From the NCBI GenBank assembly GCA_012295275.1, contig CM022665.1, positions 29,264,001 to 29,328,000 of the forward strand: DNA of 64,000 nt, in the 5' to 3' direction. A program made the position numbers and the translations under genes. The number at the start of each line of letters is the position of its first letter. Positions within the stretch are counted from its first letter, which is position 1. The DNA comes from Chrysomallon squamiferum (Eukaryota; Animalia; Mollusca). This document shows positions 44,338 to 59,919 of the stretch, piece by piece. Below the pieces are notes generated by a model, which ran no database searches, was not told the origin of the DNA, and worked only from the letters and a program-made list of their open reading frames with translations.

Positions 44338-47300
44338 TCATGATACACATTCTTCTCATACATTATTTTACTTCAAAGAATATTTAAAATAAGTAACGAC
44401 AGAAGTCAATTATGTATATATATAAATCATTTATTAAAACTACAAAGATGTAGAATATTCATATTTTCTTCAAAAAAAACCCACAAAAGATATGACACAT
44501 TGATATTATGTGTATTACACAAATACAATAAGCCAACAAAAAGATTAGTACAAATTTTCAACACCAGTTTTGACTATATATATATATATATATATATTTT
44601 GTAAACCCAGTTAAAATATAAATACATATGTATATAAAATGTTTTATTTAAAATCCCATTATTCTGTATTAAACAGTTACAATTTATCAAAAGGCCACAT
44701 ATAAAGCAAGGTATTTTGAAGCTAAATTAACTGTACATTTTCATGGTGCCCTTTGAAAATGTATCAGTTAAACTGAGACAATATGATCATTATGAAAAGT
44801 TTATCCTTTGATGTTAACAATTTTAATATTCAAAATTGTTAACAAGATTATATATGTATAAAACGAGTATTTAAAATAATTAAATAGAAATAGATATGGA
44901 CAAAAATACTGCTATAAATGTGAAAACATTTTTCACAGATTAACACCAGTTGTAACAATTATCTGAAAATTTCTGATAACAAAAGGTACCCATAAAACAA
45001 TAGCTGATCAGAAAAAAAAAAAAAAAAAAAAAAAATTCCTCCAACTATTCCACACATAGATAAGGATGAAAATGTTACCCTTGAAAGGCATGCTTCAACA
45101 TTTTTCTAATAGAAGCATTTAAAAAATGACAAGAACTCAGAATGTGACAGACATATCTTATTAGTAAGCTAGTGAAATATAATTGCCAATCTTAAACAAG
45201 CAGTTAATTATTAAAAGTTATCATTAGAGTTTCTCTAGCTCCATAATAACTATCTTAAATAAAATGAAAATTTGGCAAAAGAACCCAGGCTCCTGTATTC
45301 AATACAGATGTGTTTTACAAAAGGCTGCTATGACTAAAAATGAAATAGCTGCTGCCTTATAAACATACATTATGAATACAACAGACCAGCTGTTTGGTAC
45401 TGTGATAACTTATAAAACTAAATGTGCAGGTAGCTAAAAGCTGTCCCCTTATTAAGAGAACATCAAAAGTGAAATTTGTTTTCAGAAAACCAGCAAAAGA
45501 AAGATCACTTTTTCTTAAGATATTAACAATGTATGTAATAAATAATATAAAGAACAGTATAAACTAAAATTAGTTTTGGCACAAGACAGATGAATAAAAT
45601 GAAATTATGCACCAATATAAAACAATAAATAAATAAATAAATAAATAAATAAAAAAATAAATAAATAAATAAATAAATAAAAGCAAAATATTTTTCATTA
45701 AAGAAATAAAAATGGGATCATTTTTGACTAGAGAAATATAAATACTGTTGGAGGCAACAATATTTAAAAACTTTTGTAATCAATTTAATAAAATTTTATG
45801 TATATTCATTGAAATGAAAATCAGTCTGGGAAATGTATTTAATTGTTCCACAATAAAATTGCTTTACATGTACTCCTTGACTGATTAATCCATCAATATT
45901 AACATGTATATAAAAATCACATAATTCAGATATAATAATGATAAAAATTGTAACTGATCCTTGATTGAATGATGGACTAAACAAAAATACAAATTAAACT
46001 ACTGAAAATATACATAATAAACTTGTCATAGAAGGAAAATAAAAAATCAAATGTTTTCATTTACTGAATTAGCAGGAAAAACCCTCAGTGTATTCTTCCT
46101 TTGACAATAAATTACCTTGCTCATATAATTACATCCAGGAAATACAAGAATATATTTTTAAAAATTTTATCTTTTTTAAATTATTATTATAAAAGTTTTA
46201 GTAATAACAGAATAACTGACAGTGAACAATATGATATTGAAATCAACATAAAACATCATGTATTTCAAATACAGTTTGTATGCTTAAGTAAACATGAGAC
46301 AAATGGAATAATCTGGATAATAACACACACAGTCCAGGTATGTGATATGTCTGCAATAAAGCAGTGATGAGAATATATTTAAATATACGCACCATTCAAT
46401 TACTAATTTAAAAAGACAACAAGCATAGTAATGTCATAAAATAAACCCACCGGTGTAAAGTACTAAAAATGTATTAGGTATATCAAAAGTTAGCAAATAT
46501 ACATTACCTTAGCCAACATATCAATGATAAAAAAAAATTAAAATTTAAAATATAATAAAATAAAAAGTTACCATGAATATTAAATGTCATATTAAATGTC
46601 ATATCAGTTATATATGTATCTTATAAATAAATTTTAATTTTGAAAAAAATAAGAATAGAGAAAATAATAATAAAAAAATAAGTATCCAATTCACAAATTT
46701 TAATTTTACAATGTAATCTAGAAATGTTACCAATTACTAGAGATTATGAAATATGGTAAAATTCTGAACTTTTTTATTCATTTTCTTTTAAAACATACGC
46801 AGAAATAAAAAAAAAGATACACAGACTCTGTAAATTTTAGCAGTGCAAAGAAAGAACAAAATATAATGCCACACTTTGTCAGACAAATATTATACATAAT
46901 TAAATAATCATAATATAATATGTACATATTAACACACGTGCAGTGTATTCCTGTATAATGTGAAGGCACATATTAACAAATTCAACCATCCTTTTGCCTT
47001 CAAAATATAAAAATATAACAAGGGGTGAATATCTTTTGATGACAATTCCTCCACACTCTGGAGATTTCAGAACACAATAGATATATACCCTCAATTTAAC
47101 AGTTCAGATTTATTAGATTGATTGTAGAATTTCTTGTAGAACAGTTGGTGCATTCAGTAATTTATATGATACTTCAGTAACCACCTCTAAGCATAGATGG
47201 TGTGGATAAGTGACACCCACACACTCCTGAATACACTAGCAAAAAAATTTCCTGAAACTCATCTTGTGTCTATGAGACTGTTTAGAGATCTTAACTGTAA

Positions 47301-48051
47301 AATGTTTACATTTTTAAAATTATACTATTAAATTAAGTGTTATAATACTGGTTTTAAAACAATTGCAAATTTAACAGATTTCATTCTATTCACTGCTCAC
47401 CCGTTAGTGGTCCATTAAACTGAGGGTTCTTTATATCTGAAGTTGTATATGTGAAGACATGAATTAAGTTAACAAATACAGATTAACATAAAATTATCTC
47501 AGAATATCTGATACTGGCAGTTAAATTGTGAAAAAAGCACACATTAGATCAATCTGACTACCTTAGTAAAACTACCAATAAAATAAGAATATTAAAAATG
47601 TACCTGAGAATATGTCAATCTTTGACAAAAGTTTCCTAAAATATTGATTTTTCAAAATGTTTCTACACAAAAATATTTAACTACTTTCTTTAACAAAACA
47701 ATGACAATATAATTTAATAAAGTTAGGCATTCAAAAAAGACGTTGTGTATATTTAGTCTACCATTGAAATAAACTGTCCTGATTTGACAGAATATGGCCC
47801 TTAATAAAAAAAATAAAACAAGTTAGAATTATGTCTTCATAGTCAAGATGGAATGATTTATTTTATTAAATTTTTTTTTTTTTTTTTTATAAAACCTACA
47901 TACTTTTTACACAATTCAAAGAGCATTTGGTCCTCTCAAATGAAAAACAAACTTTTCACATGTATAAAAAGTAAGGAATAATTACGTCATCAGTAAACTG
48001 GTCAAATCTTAAGCATAGTTTAACTTCTCTGCTTCAAGGCACAAATGATAC

Positions 48052-48787
48052 TTATAAAGTATATACATCATTAGCATACAAGGGTGGGTAGGTCAATGGG
48101 AACAATAATATTATCCACAAGAGGAGCCCCAGTATGAAGAACATTATGAGCCTGCGGCGGATTGTCTGAGGGTAACCCATTACTTCATTAAATGCTGGGA
48201 AACCCATGTGGTTACAGAATGCATGTGCAATCACTGGAGCAATTAGATGACCTACAGGAAATATTTTAAACATATTACAAAAATACACACTGAATATATA
48301 AAAACTTGAACAAAAAATTATACAAAGTATTTAAACATTGCTAATTAACAACAATCACATGGTCAAGATATTATTAAATAATAGCGACATTTAAAAGCAG
48401 TGTTATTAAATGTCAGTGCCATTTTTTTTTTTTTTTTTAATTATAATATGACAGATAAAGTTTGTTCTTAACAGAAATAAAGTAAATAGTATATCAAAAA
48501 CTGAAAAAAATCTTAATATAAATTGTTATCAGTAAAAGTTAAGTATACCAACCTGTTCTAAGGAAGAGAAATGCAGAATAAATTCCAAACACTGTTGTGT
48601 AGAATAACTGGAACACTGAAAGAAAGGAAAAACAATTTAGTGATTTAGAGAAGAAATGATATTTGTGTTTCAGTGGTTCACATGACATAAGTAAATTATA
48701 TATTTATGATTTATACACTATTCATATCATCAAATTTAACAATTAATTATGTTACTATCCTAATCATTCAATACCAAACCTAAGAAA

Positions 48788-48832
<45 letters not shown>

Positions 48833-51800
48833 ATGATATATATATATATAAAATAAAGCAACCAACTAGTAAACAAAATTAATAACCTGTTATGATGATT
48901 TTATTAAATTTTAAATATCACATTATTCAACAGATTTCAAAGAATGCCATTTAAGTTTAATGAGAGGAAGGAAAATAATTGAGGAAATTTTTATATACAT
49001 GTAGTGATGTACACACATACACATAAATCCATACATATACAGTCAAACGTGGAGATGGAAGGGGTCAACAAAAACTGCTTGAGTTTCAAGGCATTTGAGT
49101 AACTGAATTTTAAATAAATAACAAAATAATTAAAAGACACAACTTAATATAATTTGATATAAATATGCACACACAGATAAGCTAGGTACATATATATGAA
49201 AATGTATTTTTTTTTACAAAACAGCAAAACAGATGATACATATATGTTCATAAATTAAATCCTATAGGTGGAAATAAATATGAAGTTTATGTATATTCAG
49301 ATTTCTAAACTTGACAGAACATAATGAATCCATACAGAAGTTTTAATAGCACAAGTACAAATATCTAAAATCACATACATAACAAAACTGTTTTAAATCA
49401 CAAACATTCTGCAAAAAAGACACTACTCCTAAATTAGTCATTGATACATCTACTTATATATATTATTTCTGCCATATATATGACAATTAACAAAAATTAA
49501 AAATCATCAGTATCTAAATATTATTATCCAAAAAAGTTAGTAATTAAAGTCCATTTGCATGGTTTCTTAAAGAAATTTTCTTTCATTACAGTGTCTGTAA
49601 CTCTACACAAACTTGTTAACATTTCATGAGGATGTTCACAGTTCAACAGATATATAAACATTAAATGGCATTTAAATAGCAAATAGCATGTTTGTCATGA
49701 TGCACTCATTTGTAAACAAAACAAATATCACTCAGTGAACTTTATCACTTAAGTTCAAAGGTTCTTGAAGTTTGTCTGCAATTATGTATTATGTAATGAT
49801 ACTGTAAGAACACAGACAATGGAGGCAGGCACATCTTGTTCCACTTAATCAATGACCCATTGTCCTGTAATTACCAAGGGAAACAAAAACTTGACCATTA
49901 CAGCACCCTGAGTTTTCAAAGGCTAATTTCTATTCAATCAGTTGTTTGGGACAGAAAACAACTTCCGGCAAAAAGAAGTTTCTGACATATCAGTGTTTGA
50001 TTATTAGAAATATTATTATTACTAATTATTACTAACTTATATAGAAGCTCAGCTGGGACAAGACTTTTGACTTGAGAGATGAAGGTTCTCAACAAATCTA
50101 AGTTATCTAAGTTTGACTGTTTATATATAAATACATATACACACATATACATACATATAGATATACAAATATACACATACACATAATACACATGAATGGA
50201 TGCATACACACATACGATTCTAGGAAAAAAAGTCACAATTTTTAAATAAAATTAAGAAATATATTAGAAATGAAAGATTGATGAAACAGATGTTCTTTGA
50301 TTTTAATGTTGGTGATTTAGGTGGATGTTCCACCCAAAAAATTCTGCCACAGTCGCAAACTGTGGTCCTCAAGGCTTTCTCTGTAAGTCTGTTATCATTT
50401 AACCTCGACAATTACAACTAGATTTTTTGATGCATTTCCTCCACAACTTTGTTTTGTGTGTTGCATGTTTGGTATACATTAACCCCTCAAAACAGATTTT
50501 GTTACCACCCTTATTGCTGTGAATAACTTCCATATTAAACATACTTCTCATACTAGAGAAAGCTGGAGAATACATAGTGAAACACATTTTAACCTGGGAC
50601 ATTTTATAAATCATTTACAATAGGAAGCCCTTAGTTTAAATCTATCCTAATCAGTAAGCTAAACCCAAACTAGACCCAATATCAAGCCCCTTTATTTTAT
50701 CTAGCATAATCAATAAGCTTAAGAATTACCCCATGCATACTATGATGCCACATTCAATATGCTACAAACCCATACATTTTGTGACTTTTTATCCTATGAT
50801 TTTTTTTCCTATACTAAACTTTGATTTTTTTCTGACTTTTTTTCCAGTCACCACACATACATGACACACAAATACACAGAGACAACTGACACACACAAGC
50901 TCATTCTACTTACATGACTGCTTTATAGCTTGCTTAACCTCACACTGTCCTTGAATTATTTTTTCGATCATGTGATGAAAATGAGCTAAAAAATAAGAAA
51001 ACCCAAATAAATGGACATTATTCAAAATAAATATAGTATATAAAAACAACAGAAGTACATATTTATCAATATAAACATATTAAATATATTTAAGAATAAA
51101 ACAGACAATAAAGTAAAGAAAAAATAGTAAATAAACAATCTAGATACAAATGTTGAGACCAAATGAACAGAAAATAAAATGTTTTTATTTTGGATTATTT
51201 AGATGTCATTTTTGTTTATTTTTAGTTTTTTCCCCTCTCATGGACAATAAATACAGTTATTTCATAAAATATTCTAAACATTCAAATAAAAACATTTCTA
51301 TTCTCGGTGAGATTGATATTGAAAAATGATACTGAAAAATTAAAAAAACAAAACCAATAACAAACAATCTTTTTGTGTGAATGTGTCCTTAAATGCAGTT
51401 AACAATAAAGATATTTCTTTATTTTAAAATACAGCCATGGCTTAAATGTGGCTAAGACTGCAGTTAGAGACTGTTTCTAGAAACTTTTACATTGACTGTT
51501 ACCATTCTTATCAATTTTTTCTTCTTTTCTTTGTTTTTCTTTTTGATATAAAATATAGGTTTAGTCAGTTATATAGTAAGTTATGTGTATTTTGAAGTGC
51601 TTAAATTATGTTGTATTTAATTCAGTGATACTGATAATGATAAACTTGCATTCAGTACACTGAAATATTAATAAAAACTATATGTTACTGAAAACAATGA
51701 TTTTTATTATTATTTTTCTCATATTTTGTTTTTATTTATCTCGATCTTGTATCCAGGTCCCAACAACTTCGCGACAGAAAGAATTTACTGTGTATTTTAT

Positions 51801-54800
51801 GTGTGTATGTATATATAGTCAATATAATTTAACAGAAGTAGTCAGACTAGCCACAGTATCAGATTCTTCTGAAAGCTCTGTATATTTATTTTCCATTGCT
51901 AGATCAAAGATAGTATCATTAGAATTACAAAAATAGTTTATTAAAAACAAACAACAAATGTTCTAGAACTGCTGTACTTACCAACACCAAAGAAAAATGG
52001 ACACAAGATCATTGCCGCACCTTCTCCAATGGCTGGAACAAGTAAAGGCAACATACAGGCTCGAAATATGAACTCTTCAGAAAATGGGGCCTGGAATAAT
52101 TTAAAAATGGAAAAGGTAATGATATTGTTAAAAAACACTGAAGAACTGTTTATCATTGACTTTAACTACTAGATATGATTTTATAATTGTCATGACTGTT
52201 CTCACAGGAAACAAGACCATAAGAGTACTTTAATTTTTAACTTCTGAAAAACATTATCTGACATGGTGATCCAAGGAAAACTACAATTGTTTTGTTTTTT
52301 ATCTTTAAATAGAGATCTTTTACAAGCATTTTTTTTTTATGTCAGATATGCTGGTTGTGACAGGCAATGAAAAAAAGCTTAAATTTAGAACAATTCAAAG
52401 CATTATGAAATCCTTTGTCTAAAATAAAAATCTTGAAATGTGACTTCTTACATCATTACATGTGCAATTTTTAGCTCTTCAGATGATCAACTTGAAATAT
52501 AAAAATAAATGATTGACAGAAGTCTTTTACAAATTGTTAGTAAAAGCTTAGTAAATCATACCATAATGTGATTTCTGACCCAGATCATATTTTTTATGGA
52601 GTTTATCCAGTATCTTGGTTCTGAAAGAAAAAATGTGGTAATTTTGAAACCAATTTTATTAGAAAATAAATGGGAATTTACAATTTTTCAAAATAATACA
52701 TTTTTAAACATATTAAAAAATAAAATCTTATAAATTAATGACTGTACAATTCTGAGTCCAAAAAGGGTAAAATTAATAATTACTGAAAAATGTTGTTAGT
52801 TTTAATTTTAGAAATGAACTTATGCAATTTAATCAACAGATGATATTTCATCTTCTGTTTATACAGGTAGTGTTTCCCACAGACTGAAAATGGGGCAGGG
52901 TGTAGGCAGAAAAAGGTGTATTTATTACCTGTCTTCTAAAGGACAGAACCAACAAAGTCACATGTTATAATTTTTGATCAGGAAGTTTACAAATAAACAT
53001 TCCTATATTTGCCTTTATATATGAACTGTCTTTCAGATACACACCACATGACCAGTTTATGGTTTAGTAATATTAAATAAATTAGCTATTATTATATTGG
53101 AATAGAGCTAAAAGAGTTTGTTTCAGACTGTCTTGTTCTGTTAGGCAATCATCTGTGCTGAGGTTGAAATGTTCCTCTAGAGCTTCTATTTCATCATTTC
53201 AAGACACAGCACTGCTGGTGTCGTACACAACAACAATGCCCATTGTCAAGTCAGTTGCATATTTTCTGCACCAAGTTGTCCTCTGCAGCTTTTATCTGTT
53301 TCACTTACTGAGGCTACTGCTTGACATCGAGTTCGGTTAATAGTCTGGTGGCCTTCTTCATGCTTTCTCTTTCTGTGGTCTTTAATTTCATAGAAACAGT
53401 TGCCTCCATTCTTCATTTGATGATGGACAAGTCAATGTCACTTTTCATGAAGGCTATGGACAGCTGTGTTACAGGTCATCACACAGAATGCGGATTACAT
53501 AGATTACTCGATATCTGAATAATTTCTTTTTTGTTCCACATGAAGAAGGACCCAAATCTATGTGGATATTGGCGTTCCTTTACTCCATTGCATGTTTGAG
53601 GTCCATCAGCATTACTAAGTAAGTGTCACATAGTGATGCCACAGGATCCAAATGGGACAGCCATCATGTGTGTGTGCCACTTGATTGATTTGTTTAATAT
53701 CACACTCACTGAGCAGTAGTTGCAGACAGAGAATTCATGCAAATGAGGCCAGGCATTTTCAGAATTTTGGGAACAAGGGGAATAACAGGAAAAATGCTAA
53801 CACACATATATATTTTCTTTATAACTGGATGCGTAGGATCAAAATTTTTATTTATACCTAGATATAATCTAAATATCCCATCCATATAGTGTAACGCAAG
53901 AGGACCCATAAAAAGAACCTGGGAAAGAAAAAGAAAAAACGTTTTATGGTTGTTGTACATTTACAAACTGTTAGTTTCTGGTACCAATTATTGCTAATAG
54001 CTAAGTATTCTAATTATATATATATTTTGTCAGAAAAATATGCAGTTTATAGCATAAGTGAAATATTAACAGTATTTAATGTGCTGCAATAACAACATTT
54101 AAAAAAATGAGCTGAGGGACCTATCTACAATAAAAAAGCATACATGTAGTTTTGAAATATTATATTATTTTATTTTAAGTAACAAATATTAAGATATACA
54201 TATACATACCATTGTCAGTAAAAGCGGAATAATCAAAGCTGGTAAAAATCCCAGGAACCGTAATCCAACCCATTCAAACAATGAGAAACCCTGAAAAGAT
54301 AAATTGTTATCAATAAATATCTTAATATTTGTACAACTTACCAAATGTAAATAATACAAAAAGGAATACTTATTTACTAATAGCTAATTAGAATTATCAA
54401 AACAGTATAGATAAAAGAAAAGAAATAGTATGCATGGTACCTATACTATGATATAATGAAATATGTGAAGATCTGAATCAAGTTAGAAAATCGAAATCCA
54501 GAATCTGATATTAACTTACTTCATAATACCACTCCTAAAATCATAAACGAGTCCTTCCTTCTTCCATTTTTAGAATTCAGGATTTTGTATATCACCAGCT
54601 ATTTATCATAAAATATGAAAACTTAGAAATATATTTTTTACTTTAATATTATTTGTATAAATTAAATATATTTAAAATAAAACCTTTTCTGAATCAGTTG
54701 TTCGACCGGCAAGCCAAACTAAAACTGGAACAACAACAGACACAACTGTTATACTTATAAATCTCCTCTTAATCACATCAGGATGATCTCTGCAAAATAA

Positions 54801-57800
54801 AAAATGGAAACATTATTGAATTTTTTGCTATAAAATTATAATAAACTATTCCACTAAAATAAAAATAATAATGTTTTATATTTGACAGACATGACACTAA
54901 ACAAAAAACCCACTGAAGAACTGTTTATCATTTAATTTAGTGAAAAAGTGAAATAATGAATACTTTTTTCAGTCACAGAAAACTATCCAGACAGCAAAAT
55001 TTTCAGCTGTTAATAAACAATCATTTTACTGACTAAAATTGTTTTATGTTACATGTATTCACACTGATCTATTCTGAATTTACTGATAACAAATGTAAAC
55101 CAGTAATTTCAATATTTACATACTATGTAAAGAACTGTCAAACACTGTTGGAGACAAATGTAAACAAAGTTATGATGTGAATTTTCCACTATGCAGACTA
55201 GTACTGATGCTAATGAGATCAAACTGATATATGTTATTCTTCATTTTGATGGAAGTTATGCAGACATGACAGTCTCAGCACAGATGGTTGTTTGTCCACT
55301 ATTTCTAAACACTTTTCTTATTTTATACCAAAGGATATTAGTAACTAATTTCTCAGCGGCATTCAAAACTGCACTAATCAAATAATTGCTGTGTATAGTT
55401 ATCTGATATTTAACAAACCAGCTGGTCAAAAGTGGAAGTAACTTAGGAATCAGTCACTAAATTAATGGTTATTAATAGAAAAGATAAACAAACTTTAATC
55501 ACACCACTCACTGAATTAGGAACAAAAGAACTTCCATTAAAATGAAAACTGAAAGAAGCTATCTAATTCAACACAAAGCAAGTTCAGACCGATCAACTTA
55601 GATCTCTTTACAATGATGGTAAGTAAGACAGTTTATTCACATCATTTTTATTGTTAAACTGATGGTATCAGAGTCAAATTTCACAAATCGTTAAAGAATT
55701 TAAAAAATAATAATAATAGAAAGTTTGGTGCAATGATTCCCTTTGTGACTAACTAGCTATCACAAAATGGATTCTGTAAGCAGAGTCCCAGAATCAGATG
55801 TGCACATCCTTTGTTGATTTCATCTGCAGTAAATGTTGAATAAAACTGTTTATACACACTTTTAACTTTTTATATATATATTTTTTAAATTTCAAACAAA
55901 AATGTATCATGTTGACTAAACTGCTAAATAAAACATTTCTTAAAGATCTCAGTCATTTAGTAGTTATTCATTTAAGTAAGAAATTATCAGTATAAAAATT
56001 ATTATCTGAATATTGATAAATTCAATAATAATACTTTGTATTACAGAAACAACCTTGAAACTTAATACACATGACTGAAATAGGGGTTAAATCTATTGGT
56101 CTGCAATGCTTGTGACATATTTATCAAGTAATTCACTATTATCACAATTCATAAATGTGCTCATTAGTCATTTGCATACATTTTCTTTTTGCCAATGGGT
56201 ACTGATAACAGGAATAATTGTGGTGCTTACCAAGAGAAAGCCATTTCATTTGTTCAAGAACATTCAAGTAAATTTTTTTTTGTAAAACTGTATATGAATT
56301 TCTATTTTGATGCCCGACTTCATTTTTATACCAAGCACATATTCAGTATTATGATATAAATTTAAAATGTGTCACCATCTCACCAGCATCTTGCATTTAC
56401 TGTTTTACTATTGCTGACACCAGAATTCCAAACCCCCATTTTAAGACTGGCATCTTCCCACAAATCCTGAATCAGTTGACAATTGCTATTTTTTTATTGG
56501 CTTGGCACAGTTAAACGCTCAAAGGAGAATGCAGTGTACAAAACAATAAAGTGCCACATTTACTCTTTTCAATTGTTGGTTTTTGTTTTGATGAAAGTGT
56601 GCAAACTTTTTTTTTTTTTTTTTTAAAGAACCATGTCATTTTATGCACTCACAAGCATGGCATCCATTCCTATCCATCGGAAAATAAACAGTTTCACTTC
56701 TAATCCACTATGTTTTTCTCAATCATATAAGAAGGGTTACAATTGGTCTCATCTGAAAGAGCACAGTTTTACATTCAAAACAATGTTTTTGTTTTTTGAA
56801 TGGTGCAAAATTTTGTTCTGGAACTTTAGAAAACTAATTTTTTTTATGCTAAAAAGTCCTCAATAAAGTATAATTTCGCCATTTTCAAATGGACCCAGAA
56901 ATTATTCTGATAATATCATGATGAAAATGACAGATGTGTTAAATGATAGTCATTCATGCCATCATGGACAGATACGAACTTCAAAATCAATCTATGTTCT
57001 CACTAAGCAAATGGATGGGGATGGGTTGTGGAGGAAACTATGAGACTTAGTTTGAAATAATAGAATGAACAGATACATGAATAGCATATTGACATCAAAT
57101 GGCTGCATGCAGAAACTGGAAAATCCTCAAGCAGTTGACAATTCCCTTGACAAATACAAAATGAAATATACTTAGCTTTATAAGCATATTGCTCTATTAG
57201 AACTGTATGATGTAAATCTTGCTGAACTCAAGTTGTTTGACCCCACCCCGTCAACTTATCCTACCATGTTTGTAATTTGAAGTCTGTCTTGTAACCTCTA
57301 TTTAGATAGGTCTTTGTAGTTTGAATTATAAAAACTGGATTAGAATTATGTATACTGCCAAACAATTTTTGGGCTTATAAGCCAATTCTGGTGAGCTGCT
57401 AGCTCGCAACTAAGCAAGGGATAAATCTGGAAAAAATGAAACAGTATCTATATCATCAGTACATGTGTATTTCCATGGTTCTGTGAATAAATGTGTGAAA
57501 GATATGAGCTTGCAGAATCATGATCATCTCCAAACAATGCTTTTTAACTTCTTTTTTTTACTGTAAAATTGTTATCAGCCATAATTTTTGTTGAAATAAA
57601 CTTATAAAGTTAGAATTTGTGTGTGTATGTTTATGTGTGTGTGTAAAAAGATTTCTAACACACGAAAAAATTACAGTTACTGAGTTACTATTCCAAGATT
57701 ACATTGTGGGTGCCAGTATCTAAACATGTGTCATAGTCTATCACTTAATGAAGACAGCTGCCATACCAGTTAGCCATATTGTCTCTGAGTCATCCTCATC

Positions 57801-58787
57801 CTCATATGAAAACATCCCAGGTTCCTTCCAAAATGTTCCCATCACAATTATCACTGACAGCACAATGCATTCAACAAGCTGAATAACTCTGAGAGAAGTG
57901 GAAATAATATTCAATGTCATTTCTGTACACAACACCGACAGCTCCTTCACTATTATGCCATTTATAATGAAAATGGTTGCATAAAAATTCAGATAGCCCT
58001 GGCAGCTCATAAACAGCCGTTGATTGATATGTTTAAAGTACAAACGTAAAACTTGAAAGACAAAGAAATGATAGCCCACTAAATCTGGCTTATAACAATC
58101 AGTTGAGAAGACTACTCACTAACAACGAACGTCAGATATTAATTCAGGGTAATCGTTTGAAATGTTATTGTTTACACCTAGTACTAGTAGTGACCTACCA
58201 TATTTATTTGTTTATTTAGCTTTAAAACTGTATACTTAATTCTGCTTCTGAACAACATAATAAGCTTTGGTCACTCATTATAGTATCCTTTGTACGCGGG
58301 GACGTTATGGCTGGTCACCGACATACCATAGAACCCAAATCTTCCGGAATGAACTTAGGATAAAATTAATATTAATTTTGTTTTAATTAAAATAAATATT
58401 CTTACTAAATAATTGAATTAACTACAGTATAATGAGGCCTTGCATTTACTTTTATTATCAGATTTATGTGTGCGACTGAAAAAATATATATATCACACTG
58501 TAATTTATAAGGTATAGTTATACTTAATACTATTACTAATCCTATTAGTATTACTAGTATTAGTAATAATTAAATGTTATCAAACCTTTCTGTCCCTTTT
58601 TCTGATTATTAACACAACATACCTCTCCATAATTAAACTATCTCGACATATTCAAACGGAAAAAAAACTACCTGGTCTTGTCTGTGCTTCCAACCCAAAT
58701 ATATAAACTTCCAACATATATAACAGCAAAAAGAAGACATAAGAGAATGGCTTGCCAAGACGCAAGTTCGAAAACAATCGCCGCCAT
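48052..58787 (-). CDS. RCE1: CAAX prenyl protease 2 (Ras converting enzyme 1), 9 exons, ~288 aa
   Basis: Exons 58787-58672, 54789-54684, 54290-54210, 53918-53858, 52620-52562, 52090-51982, 50985-50914, 48615-48553, 48251-48052. Motifs YVGSLYIW, RDHPDVIKRRF, RNHIMAPFSEEFIFRACM, FFGVAHFHH, FLRTGHL, HAFCNHMGFP. Confidence 0.96.
49040..50119. mobile_element. Decayed Tc1/mariner-pogo-type MITE in an RCE1 intron
   Basis: Inverted termini CAGTCAAAC (49040-49048, preceded by TA) and GTTTGACTG (50111-50119). No coding capacity seen, and the right-hand TA is degenerate. Confidence 0.45.
50216..50851 (-). mobile_element. Internally deleted Mutator-like (MULE) element with FLYWCH remnant
   Basis: A 9-bp direct repeat CACACATAC lies at 50207-50215 and 50852-50860. 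Imperfect inverted ends contain GGAAAAAAAGTCA. The internal frame MEVIHSNKGGNKICFEGLMYTK..WRKC..CNCRG resembles a FLYWCH domain. Confidence 0.7.
52867..53760 (-). mobile_element. Degenerate hAT-like (ZNF862-type) transposase remnant in an RCE1 intron
   Basis: Broken minus-strand frames include VAH.. and VTQLSIAFMKSDIDLSII..EAT. A TIR-like AGTGTTTCCCACAG is at ~52868. Many stops, boundaries approximate. Confidence 0.4.
55150..57000 (-). mobile_element. Highly decayed hAT-like (ZMYM1-type) transposase remnant in RCE1 intron 1
   Basis: Collinear minus-strand peptide relics NEMAFSW (cf. LAFRG), TFTADE and SGV occur in the expected order. The signal is weak and the boundaries are approximate. Confidence 0.3.
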
Positions 58788-58925
58788 TTTCCGCGAAACC
58801 TCAACTGATCGAAATAAAAGTAAATTAACGAGACTAGTTTGTTATAGCCAATGACGTAAAATACAAACTAGACCGAGCACAGCCCATCGCTTTACACGAA
58901 AATACAGCACTTTCCGGTAATGGCA
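58788..58925 (-). promoter_or_regulatory. RCE1 proximal promoter
   Basis: CpG-rich patch with CCAAT next to TGACGT (~58848-58857), TTCCGG (~58912) and AAAATGGCGG (YY1-like) overlapping the start codon. Confidence 0.45.
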
Positions 58926-59585
58926 ACTCGAGCAGACGAACGTGTGTTACTTAGAAATCCGCTGTCAAAAAGCAGTGTTAGTGTTCATTCACTTTGCTCT
59001 GTTGGTTATTCATATCGAACAAACAAATGAAAATGAATATATCTCAATCGGTAATAAAATTATTATATTTGTACAAGTATTTAAATTAATTTATTGTTTT
59101 TACTATTATTTTATTTTAACATAGATGATGATAATAGATGCCATTTTTGGTACCATGGACCAAATAATTTTTTTAATTGTAAAAATAGGAAACTCATTGT
59201 TTGCGTACGTAACAGTACAGGTTTTAGAAGATGAATGCTTTTTGTTTTAACAAAAAAGAGTGAAAAATTAATTTTTAACTAATTATTTTCTGTTCTATAA
59301 CTGGTATCAAGCATTATGATGGATGTATCAAGACAGTCATTCAAATAACACGTGATCAGTTTGCTTTTTACATTAATACCGCCTTTAATGCATTGAAAAT
59401 GGAAAGAAATATTATATTAAAAAAAAGAATTATAATGGTTTCCAATATTGTTTTACAACTACGTACTCAGAACTGTCCGCTATGGAGTTTTGGCAGAGTA
59501 ACGTGTCCACATTATGGTACCTAATGAGAATAGTCATCTTCATATTCACGCGCCAATATCTGTGAACTTTTTTTATATATATATA

Positions 59586-59617
<32 letters not shown>

Positions 59618-59919
59618 TTTTTTTTTTTTAATTATTATTATTATTATTTTTTTTTTTTTTACTGGCGACGTCGTAATAATATTTGAAGAAAAAATATAGT
59701 ACGAAACGGGTACGAGTTGGTATGACGTCAAAGTAACAAAATAAACAAATAAAAAAACTGTTTCGACCTTTTGCAGCAATTACTACTCAATAACAGACAT
59801 CTATGTAAAAGAGGCATTGATTATATGATGTATTTCCCAAAATTACATTTAATAATCTATGTAGAATTTATTGCATTTTAATATTTCTCTATCAATGATG
59901 ACCTATTATTTCGAAAATA

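Noticed and set aside
57741-58079. 112-aa minus-strand ORF in RCE1 intron 1
   Set aside because: It is not needed for the RCE1 frame, has no ATG start and no recognisable motif. It is probably part of a decayed repeat.
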